Shown: in pieces, positions 17,450-24,000 of the stretch
Numbering within the stretch: the stretch's first letter is position 1
How the letters are laid out: each line of letters opens with the position of its first letter
Assembly: GCA_900321185.1 (NCBI GenBank)
Contig: ONVD01000017.1
Span: forward strand, 1,681 to 25,680
DNA: 24,000 bases
Origin: an uncultured Eubacteriales bacterium
Lineage (GTDB): Bacteria > Bacillota > Clostridia > Christensenellales > UBA1242
Direction: 5' to 3'
Translations under genes and position numbers: made by a program
Notes under the pieces: model-generated
Seen by the model: the letters and a program-made list of their open reading frames with translations, nothing else
Database searches by the model: none
Told to the model about the DNA's origin: nothing

Positions 17450-17478
17450 ATTTTATAATATTTTGTCTTTTAAGTCAA
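17450..17478 (-). promoter_or_regulatory. Sigma-A promoter for the ABC ATPase/permease operon
   Basis: - strand TTGACT (17478-17473), 17 bp, TAAAAT (17455-17450). Confidence 0.65.
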
Positions 17479-17494
17479 GTAAATATTTTAGTGA

Positions 17495-17523
17495 TTGACA
17501 ACTATTAACAATACTGATATAAT
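17495..17523 (+). promoter_or_regulatory. Perfect consensus sigma-A promoter for the VTT gene
   Basis: TTGACA (17495-17500), 17 bp, TATAAT (17518-17523). Confidence 0.8.
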
Positions 17524-17531
17524 ATGTAACC

Positions 17532-18569
17532 ATGAAAGAAGAAAAAAAGAAAATTGTATTTAGCAAATCTGCGATAATATTATGTGTTGTCAGCATGTTG
17601 TTATGTGTTGCTGACCTTTTTTGCACATTATTTTTGTTAGGTATGAGTCGGCTATATACAGTTTTGTGGGTAGTTGGTTGTGTTATTTTTGCTATTACTA
17701 GTTTTGTATTTTGGATACTTGGTTTAAAAACATGGCAAAAACTTAGTTTTGTAGTAATAGCACTTGCTAGTTTGCTATTGTGGGTATATTTGATTTTGGT
17801 TTTGCTTGGACTGAAAAGCATATTTGCAACATCCGAATCATTACAAGAGGCAGTTAGGTCCACTGGGGCATGGGGGATAATAGTCTACATAGTGATACAA
17901 TTTTTGCAAGTGACATTCATCCCTCTACCAGCCATGGTGACCACATTGGCTGGCACGGCTTTGTTTGGACCGTTGTTAGCCAGTGTGCTTAGTTTTATTG
18001 GGATATTTTTGGGCAGTATATTCGCTTTTTGGTTGGGAGATAAATTTGGCGAAAAGATTTGTATCTGGATAGTAGGAAAGGAAACTACCGAAAAATACTC
18101 TAAGTTGCTTTACGAAAAAGGTAAATTTTTATTCTTCCTAATGATGTTGTTCCCATTCTTTCCAGATGATGCGCTATGTTTGATAGCGGGTATGACATCC
18201 ATGTCATTTAGGTTCTTTATTGTTACAATCTTACTCACACGTCCAATAGGCATTGTTTTGACATGTTACCTTGGTAGCGGTCAAATAATACCTTACCATG
18301 GTTGGGGCTTGGTGATATGGGGCATTTTGATAGCCATTATGATAGCATTGTTTGTGTGTGCATACAAATTTCAGCCCCAAATAGAAGAATGGCTTATCAA
18401 AATAGCGAAAAAGCTTTCTCATAAGAAAAATAAGATTAAACTAAAGACGGACCAGACACAAAGTGAATCTGCTGAGCAAAATGTGGATAGACCAGTCGAC
18501 AAAAGTCGAGCGTTGACAGTAACTGATAAAACAAAAGAATACCCGAAAGATAAAGTTGATAAAATATAG
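17532..18569 (+). CDS. VTT/SNARE-associated (DedA/TVP38-TMEM64 type) membrane protein with charged C-terminal tail
   Basis: FIPLPAMVTTLAGTALFGPLLASVLSFIGIFLGSIFAFWLGDKFG, FFPFFPDDALCLIAGMTSMSFRFFIVT typical of VTT proteins. Confidence 0.88.
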   Translation: MKEEKKKIVFSKSAIILCVVSMLLCVADLFCTLFLLGMSRLYTVLWVVGCVIFAITSFVFWILGLKTWQKLSFVVIALASLLLWVYLILVLLGLKSIFATSESLQEAVRSTGAWGIIVYIVIQFLQVTFIPLPAMVTTLAGTALFGPLLASVLSFIGIFLGSIFAFWLGDKFGEKICIWIVGKETTEKYSKLLYEKGKFLFFLMMLFPFFPDDALCLIAGMTSMSFRFFIVTILLTRPIGIVLTCYLGSGQIIPYHGWGLVIWGILIAIMIALFVCAYKFQPQIEEWLIKIAKKLSHKKNKIKLKTDQTQSESAEQNVDRPVDKSRALTVTDKTKEYPKDKVDKI

Positions 18570-18587
18570 GTGGTTAATAGATAAAAT

Positions 18588-18621
18588 AAAAAAAGATATA
18601 AACTAAACTTATATCTTTTTT
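18588..18621. terminator. Bidirectional terminator between convergent genes
   Basis: AAAAGATATAA-actaaac-TTATATCTTTT. Confidence 0.75.
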
Positions 18622-18628
18622 ATTTGTT

Positions 18629-20533
18629 TTATGCATGAAATGATTTTGTAGAATATGCTATTACGCCCACCAACCAAGAGATAAGCAAGTTCGATGCCAT
18701 AATACAAGGAATCAGCCAATCAATAAGATTTGGCATTCCCATAAAGATGTTTAGGCCAAATACAAACATTACAATGAATGCACACATAATAAATCTGTAC
18801 AAAAAGTCTATTCCAAAATTAATGCTTTCTATTTTTATCTTTTTAGACAGATTTGGGAGAGTGTAGAGTAGTGATACTACGTAATACAAAACTACAATCA
18901 CTGCAGATACGCTAAACAAAATTGTTGTAACTGTTTCAATCCCATCAAAAATGCCGTTATTTTTACCAATAATATATACCAAAACTAACTCTAATGCCAT
19001 AAGTAAGAACATAATCGAAGCACGAACCAAATTAAGTTTGTTAATATTTAAAAACATACCAGTTTTTGTTTTTGTTTTTGTTTTATTAACTTTTTTGTAA
19101 GGCTTTACGGTAATATTTTCTTGGTTGAGATATGTAAATCCCACATTTTTAGGCTCAATCTTGTGAATATCTTCACTAAACGTCTCATCTTCTACAATCT
19201 CATCTGGTTTGACAGTCGTTGTACCAGTACCATATTTACGATTAACCTCTTCCATACGGTCAGTTTCTTTGATACTGAGGTTGCGCGTAGCATCATCGGT
19301 TTTGGATGAAAGCAAAATCTCTTCCAATTCTTTTTCGTAAGCGCTTTTTGGTCGTGCTGCTGGAGTGGTTTTATCTATAGTAACATTTCGGGCCTCGGGC
19401 TTAGTCTCTACAACGTTAGTCTCATTTTGTTGAGCATTTTGTCGTGTAGGCTTATTTAGGTCAGCATCAAGGTCACCTAAGATATCTTTATAATTAATGT
19501 CGTCATTATTATTTGGGTTAGCATGAACATATTCAACGACCGTGTCTTGCTCTTTTGAATAACTATTTGCAAGTTTTTCAGCGTTGGATATGATGTCATT
19601 TTCGGATTTTGACTTTTCATCCTTTGTTGGAGTTTGGTCAACAGATGCTTGAGTAGGAGAGTCTGCCTTTAATTTGTACTCATCATAGTTGTTTTCAGGC
19701 TCTACATAGTCTCTCATTTTATCGCTAAAACTCTTACGCTTAGTTTCTTTTGCGTCGCTTGGGTTAAACTCCGTAAACTGTTCAGTTTGGTCTTGTTGAA
19801 TATTTGGTGTAAGTACTTTGTCTGTTTGTTGTGTTTCATCTACTTTATCATTAGGAGCAACATTTAAGTCTTTCTCAATTTGCTCGAAAATAGAAGGCTT
19901 TGCTAATTCCGCGGTTTCTTCAACTAATTTTGATGTATCTACAGTAGCGTCATTTTTATCGACTGATTGTTCGTCCACAATACTTTCTGGTGTCATCATA
20001 ACATTATCTGAAGACATATTTTGAGTCGTATTTTCGTTGATAGGTTGCGTATCTGGTTTTTTTTCATCAGCCTGTTCGAAGATATTTTCTGTAGGGATTT
20101 CATTTGGAATTGTTTCTTCCTTTATTCCTTCTACTGATTGTGTTTCTGTTGGAGTTTCAACTTTAGTATTAAGTTGTCCTGGCTCTTCTTTTGTCTCACT
20201 AGTTGTGATGGTCTGTGGAGCGATTTGGTCATTGGATTGATTAACGGTATTATCTTTTGTTAAAAACTCCTCAGGTCTGTGTAGCTGAAGTTCGGATTTA
20301 CCTAAGTTGGTGATAGAGTAATAGTGACGACGACCACCTAGCTCACTATCTTCCCAACGACTAGTAATTAATCCACGTTGCTCTAATCTACGTAAACCAC
20401 TATACAAGCTAGGTTGCTTGATGACTACTTGACCGTTTGTCTGTTTACTTATGTCCTCTATAATCTCCAAACCATATTTTTCGGATTTGGAAATTGATTG
20501 TAAAATTGTTAAATTAAGATTACCTAATTGCAT
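18629..20533 (-). CDS. PadR-family winged-helix domain protein fused to a long acidic linker and four C-terminal TM helices
   Basis: N-term YGLEIIEDISKQTNGQVVIKQPSLYSGLRRLEQRGLITSRWEDSELGGRRHYYSITNLGKSEL matches PadR wHTH; C-term ASIMFLLMALELVLVYIIG, VTTILFSVSAVIVVLYYVVSLLY, FLYRFIMCAFIVMFVFGLNIF, WLIPCIMASNLLISWLVGVIAY hydrophobic. Start at ATG 20533 (GGAGG RBS), not 20593. Confidence 0.85.
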   Translation of the reverse strand: MQLGNLNLTILQSISKSEKYGLEIIEDISKQTNGQVVIKQPSLYSGLRRLEQRGLITSRWEDSELGGRRHYYSITNLGKSELQLHRPEEFLTKDNTVNQSNDQIAPQTITTSETKEEPGQLNTKVETPTETQSVEGIKEETIPNEIPTENIFEQADEKKPDTQPINENTTQNMSSDNVMMTPESIVDEQSVDKNDATVDTSKLVEETAELAKPSIFEQIEKDLNVAPNDKVDETQQTDKVLTPNIQQDQTEQFTEFNPSDAKETKRKSFSDKMRDYVEPENNYDEYKLKADSPTQASVDQTPTKDEKSKSENDIISNAEKLANSYSKEQDTVVEYVHANPNNNDDINYKDILGDLDADLNKPTRQNAQQNETNVVETKPEARNVTIDKTTPAARPKSAYEKELEEILLSSKTDDATRNLSIKETDRMEEVNRKYGTGTTTVKPDEIVEDETFSEDIHKIEPKNVGFTYLNQENITVKPYKKVNKTKTKTKTGMFLNINKLNLVRASIMFLLMALELVLVYIIGKNNGIFDGIETVTTILFSVSAVIVVLYYVVSLLYTLPNLSKKIKIESINFGIDFLYRFIMCAFIVMFVFGLNIFMGMPNLIDWLIPCIMASNLLISWLVGVIAYSTKSFHA

Positions 20534-20564
20534 AATTGCCCTCCATGATATCTCACTTACTGTT

Positions 20565-20593
20565 ATTATATACTGGAATAAAATTTTTGTCAA
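20565..20593 (-). promoter_or_regulatory. Perfect consensus sigma-A promoter for the PadR-like gene
   Basis: - strand TTGACA (20593-20588), 17 bp, TATAAT (20570-20565). Confidence 0.8.
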
Positions 20594-20642
20594 GAACTTT
20601 GTGGTATTATGCAGAAAGATGCCCTAATAATAACAAAAATTA

Positions 20643-20680
20643 GCATAGTACTTAAAAAATAAAAGTGCATAGTACTTAAA
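20643..20680. repeat. Two direct copies of GCATAGTACTTAAA, 24 bp apart, between divergent promoters
   Basis: 20643-20656 and 20667-20680 identical. Confidence 0.9.
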
Positions 20681-20684
20681 TAAG

Positions 20685-20713
20685 TTTACCATTTTTTATA
20701 TATATGCTATACT
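20685..20713 (+). promoter_or_regulatory. Putative promoter for YgjP-like gene
   Basis: TTTACC (20685-20690), 17 bp, TATACT (20708-20713). Confidence 0.5.
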
Positions 20714-20743
20714 ATAATGTATATATCAAAAGGAGAGTGTCAA

Positions 20744-21418
20744 ATGATTGTTATTGACGCAATAATACGAAGCAAGAGAAAAACAGTATCTTTAATCATC
20801 TCTCCGCAAGGTAAACTCATTGTTCATGCACCAGTTAATTGTCCATTAAACTATATAGAAAGCATTGTAAAAAAACGCAGTGACTGGATAACTAAAAATC
20901 AAAGTAAAATTAGCGCACGTAACGAAGCTAATCAAAATATCCTAAATTACAAAAATGTCTTGTATATGGGTAAAGTATATAGGCTGGCATTAGCTGATAA
21001 TATCACATCAATTACTCTTTATGGTAATGCTATTTACATACCCCTCAAAACGCCAAAAGACAAGATAAAACGCAACCTTGTAAAGTGGTACAAGGTACAA
21101 GCACTAGAGATTGCACAACAACGCGTAAGCCTCTATGCAAATATTATGCATCTAATGCCCAAAAATATATCAATCAATAACACAAAGACCAGTTGGGGGT
21201 TATGCAATAATAAAAAAGAGATAAAACTAAATTGGCGCATTATCATGTTACCTTTAGAACTAGTTGATTATGTCGCTGTACATGAGTTGGCACACCTAAT
21301 AGAATTTAATCATTCAAAAAGGTTTTGGCAAGTTGTTTTAAATGTTCTGCCTGATACAGCGAAACGCAAAAAGGAATTAAAAAAAGGGGATTTTTTACTC
21401 CAGTTGTTTCGTGACTAA
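20744..21418 (+). CDS. YgjP-like / M48-family metal-dependent hydrolase (DUF45)
   Basis: KRKTVSLIISPQGKLIVHAPVNCP, ISINNTKTSWGLCNNKKEIKLNWRIIMLPLELVDYVAVHELAHLIEFNHSKRFWQVV (HExxH zinc motif); ATG 20744 has aggaga RBS. Confidence 0.92.
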   Translation: MIVIDAIIRSKRKTVSLIISPQGKLIVHAPVNCPLNYIESIVKKRSDWITKNQSKISARNEANQNILNYKNVLYMGKVYRLALADNITSITLYGNAIYIPLKTPKDKIKRNLVKWYKVQALEIAQQRVSLYANIMHLMPKNISINNTKTSWGLCNNKKEIKLNWRIIMLPLELVDYVAVHELAHLIEFNHSKRFWQVVLNVLPDTAKRKKELKKGDFLLQLFRD

Positions 21419-21763
21419 TTAAACTATAATTTTTATTGTGGGGTAGAGAAGCGATAAATTTTTGGATAGGTAAGACTACCCTATTTTGGTATAATGCTTG
21501 TATAAGTAAACTAATTACAACCTTACTATTAATATCAAAATATTATTCTGACATTATTGGTACTAAAATGAGTTTTAAATGATTACAAAAACCGTCGTTT
21601 AAAATGCGCTCAGACAGAAAATCGAATTTTTGATGAGTACTTACTCATATAATTTTAGTAAATTACACTGATTTAGCAATGAACTATATATACTATGCAC
21701 AATTAATATGTGATTAGACAGAATAGAGTATTTTAGAGTAGGGAAAAAAACGAACATTTTTAA

Positions 21764-21795
21764 ACTATTCGTAAAACACGAGTTTTACGAATAGT
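21764..21795. repeat. Perfect 14-bp inverted repeat
   Basis: ACTATTCGTAAAAC-acga-GTTTTACGAATAGT. Confidence 0.92.
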
Positions 21796-21907
21796 GAGTA
21801 CTATTTTCCGATAATATTGCCTTTAAATCACAAATTTTTCATTAAAAATCTTGTAATTTTGTAAAGTTTGATAATATACAAAACCTTATATAATTTTAGC
21901 CTAATAC

Positions 21908-21942
21908 TGCATAGTACTATGCATAGCACTATTTACTATGCA
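21908..21942. repeat. Overlapping palindromes built from TGCATAGTA
   Basis: TGCATAGTACTATGCATAGCACTATTTACTATGCA contains GCATAGTACTATGC (21909-21922) perfect palindrome plus GCATAG...CTATGC. Confidence 0.9.
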
Positions 21943-22073
21943 AATTTTTTATGATATAGACTCACAAAATTTGTATAATGCGCCTAGACAAAGTTGTGTA
22001 CAACATACCTCCAAAAGCCATTATAAAATCTACCAAAAATGTTAAAATGTTCTAAAATAACAACGTTAAGCGT

Positions 22074-22102
22074 TTTACAAAATATCTAAGATTTGATATA
22101 AT
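22074..22102 (+). promoter_or_regulatory. Sigma-A promoter for the tyrosine recombinase gene
   Basis: TTTACA (22074-22079), 17 bp, TATAAT (22097-22102). Confidence 0.65.
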
Positions 22103-22127
22103 TTACTATAATATTTTGAGGTGAACT

Positions 22128-23177
22128 ATGTCAGAAAAGTATTATGACGCGCAAAAAGTATCCGTTACAGAGAGGCAACGTGAATTACGTGCTGAGTTGC
22201 CTTATTTTTGTAGTGAGTTTTTTGTAGGAACAGAGAACCAAACTACCCCACTTACACAGTTAAACTATGCTTATGACTTGAGGATTTTTTTTGATTTTTT
22301 AGTCAAACAAGTGCCAGAGTTCCAAGGTAAACATATCAAACAATTTGACTTTATGGACTTAAATAATGTTACAGCTACACACATTGAGCAATTTATGGAT
22401 TACCTTAATTCGTATGAATTTAATGGCAAGCACTACCAAAATAATGAAAAAGCCAAAGCGCGTAAATTATCTACCGTCCGCTCATTCTTTAAGTACTTTT
22501 ACCGTAAAGAAAAAATTAATGAAAATGTTACCGAAAAAGTACCAATGCCAAAAATGCACGAAAAGAATATTGTTCACCTAGAAACTGATGAAGTTGTAAA
22601 TTTGCTTGACTTGGCAGAAACAGGATACGCTCTCTCCCCTACTCAACAAGCATTCCACGAACATACCGAGGCGCGTGATTTTGCCATTTTGACACTGTTA
22701 CTTGGTACAGGTATTCGTGTTAGTGAATGTGTAGGATTGGATGTCGAGGATATTGATTTTAATATTAACGGTTTTAAGGTTGTGCGAAAAGGTGGCAACC
22801 AGGTAGTCTTGTATTTTAGTGATGAAGTGGCAAATGCTCTCAAAAAATACTTAAAAGCCCGTTCTGAGATAAAAGACTTGCCAGAAAGCGAACATGCGTT
22901 ATTCTTATCCTTGCAAAAACGTCGTATTTCAACACGTGCTGTGCAAAATTTAGTCAAAAAGTACAGTTCAATCGCTACCCCACTCAAAAAAATTAGTCCA
23001 CACAAACTTCGCAGTACATATGGCACAAATTTGTACAAAGAAACTCAGGATATCTATGTTGTAGCAGATGTATTAGGTCATAAAGATATCAATACGACAA
23101 AAAAGCATTATGCAGCCATGTCTGATGATATTCGTCGCGCCGCCGCTAATAAGGTAAAACTACGTGAAAATTCTTAA
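22128..23177 (+). CDS. XerC/XerD-like tyrosine recombinase
   Basis: LTLLLGTGIRVSECVGLDVEDIDF (Arg), VVRKGGNQ (Lys), SPHKLRSTYGTNLY (HxxR), LGHKDINTTKKHYAAM (His, Tyr); N-terminal SAM-like domain. Confidence 0.93.
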   Translation: MSEKYYDAQKVSVTERQRELRAELPYFCSEFFVGTENQTTPLTQLNYAYDLRIFFDFLVKQVPEFQGKHIKQFDFMDLNNVTATHIEQFMDYLNSYEFNGKHYQNNEKAKARKLSTVRSFFKYFYRKEKINENVTEKVPMPKMHEKNIVHLETDEVVNLLDLAETGYALSPTQQAFHEHTEARDFAILTLLLGTGIRVSECVGLDVEDIDFNINGFKVVRKGGNQVVLYFSDEVANALKKYLKARSEIKDLPESEHALFLSLQKRRISTRAVQNLVKKYSSIATPLKKISPHKLRSTYGTNLYKETQDIYVVADVLGHKDINTTKKHYAAMSDDIRRAAANKVKLRENS

Positions 23178-23195
23178 AAATAGAACAAAAAATCA

Positions 23196-23207
23196 GAACA
23201 AATGTTT
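23196..23207 (+). promoter_or_regulatory. LexA (SOS) box upstream of lexA
   Basis: GAACAAATGTTT, one mismatch from GAACNNNNGTTC, overlapping the lexA -35. Confidence 0.7.
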
Positions 23208-23234
23208 GACAAATTAAATATTTTTTGTTAAAAT
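23206..23234 (+). promoter_or_regulatory. lexA promoter
   Basis: TTGACA (23206-23211), 17 bp, TAAAAT (23229-23234). Confidence 0.7.
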
Positions 23235-23266
23235 AACAATAATCAAATACGTGTTAGGAGGCAAAT

Positions 23267-23899
23267 ATGGCAAAAGCAATTGAAGAAAAAACTGAGAGGC
23301 TGTATAACTATATCCGTGAATATCAAACAGACAAAGGTTTTCCGCCTTCTGTTAGGGAGATGTGCTCTGCTATGCATCTAAACTCCACTTCTACCATCAC
23401 CTATTATCTTAATCACCTCGAAAAACAAGGTTTGATTCGTCGTGGGGCTGGCAAAAATCGTGCCATAGAAATTGTTAATCGCACTATACCTAGTGACAAT
23501 ATTCAAAACCTAGAATTTATTCGTAGCTATATCCCAGTGCCTATACTTGGTAAAATTACTGCTGGGCAACCAATTTTGGCTGTAGAAAACTATGAGGAAG
23601 TGTTTTATATGCCTGCTGGTTTATTCCATGGTGATGACTTGTTTATGTTGACAGTCTCTGGTGAAAGTATGATAAATGCTGGTATTATGGACGGCGATAA
23701 AGTAGTTATTCACAAACAAGATACTGCTGAAAATGGCGAAATTGTGGCAGCATTGATTGATGATAGTGCTACAATCAAACGTTTTTACAAAGAAAAAGGA
23801 CACTATCGCCTACAACCCGAAAACCCAACCATGGAGCCTATCATTGTAGACCATGTTACCATTATTGGTAAAGTTGTTGGCTTGATTAGGAATATGTAA
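23267..23899 (+). CDS. lexA: LexA repressor
   Basis: YIREYQTDKGFPPSVREMCSAMHLNSTSTITYYLNHLEKQGLIRR; Ala-Gly in GKITAGQPI, Ser in SGESMINAGI, Lys in SATIKRFYKE. Confidence 0.96.
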   Translation: MAKAIEEKTERLYNYIREYQTDKGFPPSVREMCSAMHLNSTSTITYYLNHLEKQGLIRRGAGKNRAIEIVNRTIPSDNIQNLEFIRSYIPVPILGKITAGQPILAVENYEEVFYMPAGLFHGDDLFMLTVSGESMINAGIMDGDKVVIHKQDTAENGEIVAALIDDSATIKRFYKEKGHYRLQPENPTMEPIIVDHVTIIGKVVGLIRNM

Positions 23900-23903
23900 C
23901 AAT

Positions 23904-23931
23904 AAAAAGAGATATCTATTATCTCTTTTTT
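23904..23931 (+). terminator. Terminator downstream of lexA
   Basis: AAAAAGAGATA-tctat-TATCTCTTTTT; probably bidirectional. Confidence 0.8.
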
Positions 23932-23932
23932 A

Positions 23933-24000
23933 TTATCTCTTTTTGTACTTAGAATAAAAATCGCACAGTTCTTTAATAGTATTCTCTACTCCATTATCGA
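23933..24000 (-). CDS. C-terminal end of a protein on the minus strand, possibly HAD-family hydrolase (Cof type), truncated by window
   Basis: - strand frame reads DNGVENTIKELCDFYSKYKKR*; resembles the DGV..AIKKL end of Cof-type HAD proteins. Only about 21 residues available. Confidence 0.4.
   Translation of the reverse strand, partial: DNGVENTIKELCDFYSKYKKR

Noticed and set aside
19121-20240. Plus-strand ORFs opposite the PadR-like gene
   Set aside because: Antisense of a low-complexity acidic region; Ser/Val-rich translations typical of shadow frames.
21419-22127. Chromosomal dif site for the adjacent Xer-like recombinase
   Set aside because: No segment resembling the Firmicutes dif consensus (11-bp arms around a 6-8-bp spacer ending in TTATGTNAANT-like sequence) was found; the inverted repeats have different geometry.
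1-24000. CRISPR array, toxin-antitoxin pair, restriction-modification or retron-like system
   Set aside because: No regularly spaced repeats, nuclease/antitoxin pairs, methyltransferase or reverse transcriptase motifs in any frame supplied.

Overview
AT-rich window from a spore-forming Clostridia-like Firmicute, mostly ordinary core genes. Left to right on + strand: 3' part of an NrnA/DHH phosphoesterase, truB, an endonuclease-IV-like TIM-barrel gene, efp, complete spoIIIAA-AH, asp23-like, nusB, xseA, xseB, a DUF21/CNNM-like membrane protein, argR, rny, a candidate terminated structured ncRNA, tRNA-Trp(CCA) on -, rnhA, an ABC-2 ATPase/permease pair on -, a VTT/DedA-type membrane protein, a PadR-type HTH fused to a long acidic linker and 4 TM helices on -, a YgjP/M48-like metal hydrolase, a tyrosine recombinase and lexA, then the tail of a gene on -. 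I found no CRISPR array, defence island or phage module. The items most worth a second look are: (1) a TGCATAGTA palindrome-forming motif cluster confined to the two gaps flanking the YgjP-like gene, next to a membrane-tethered PadR-like regulator; (2) a candidate ~125-nt multi-hairpin RNA between rny and tRNA-Trp; (3) a 650-bp non-coding gap with a perfect 14-bp inverted repeat upstream of the recombinase; (4) EF-P with Arg instead of Lys at the tip (KHGRG loop); (5) a short PKNGVKNGVKI* integrase-tail-like relic beside tRNA-Trp; (6) a perfect sigma-A promoter placed so that the VTT-protein mRNA would be nearly leaderless. Product calls rest on recognised motifs in the translated ORFs; no database search was run.
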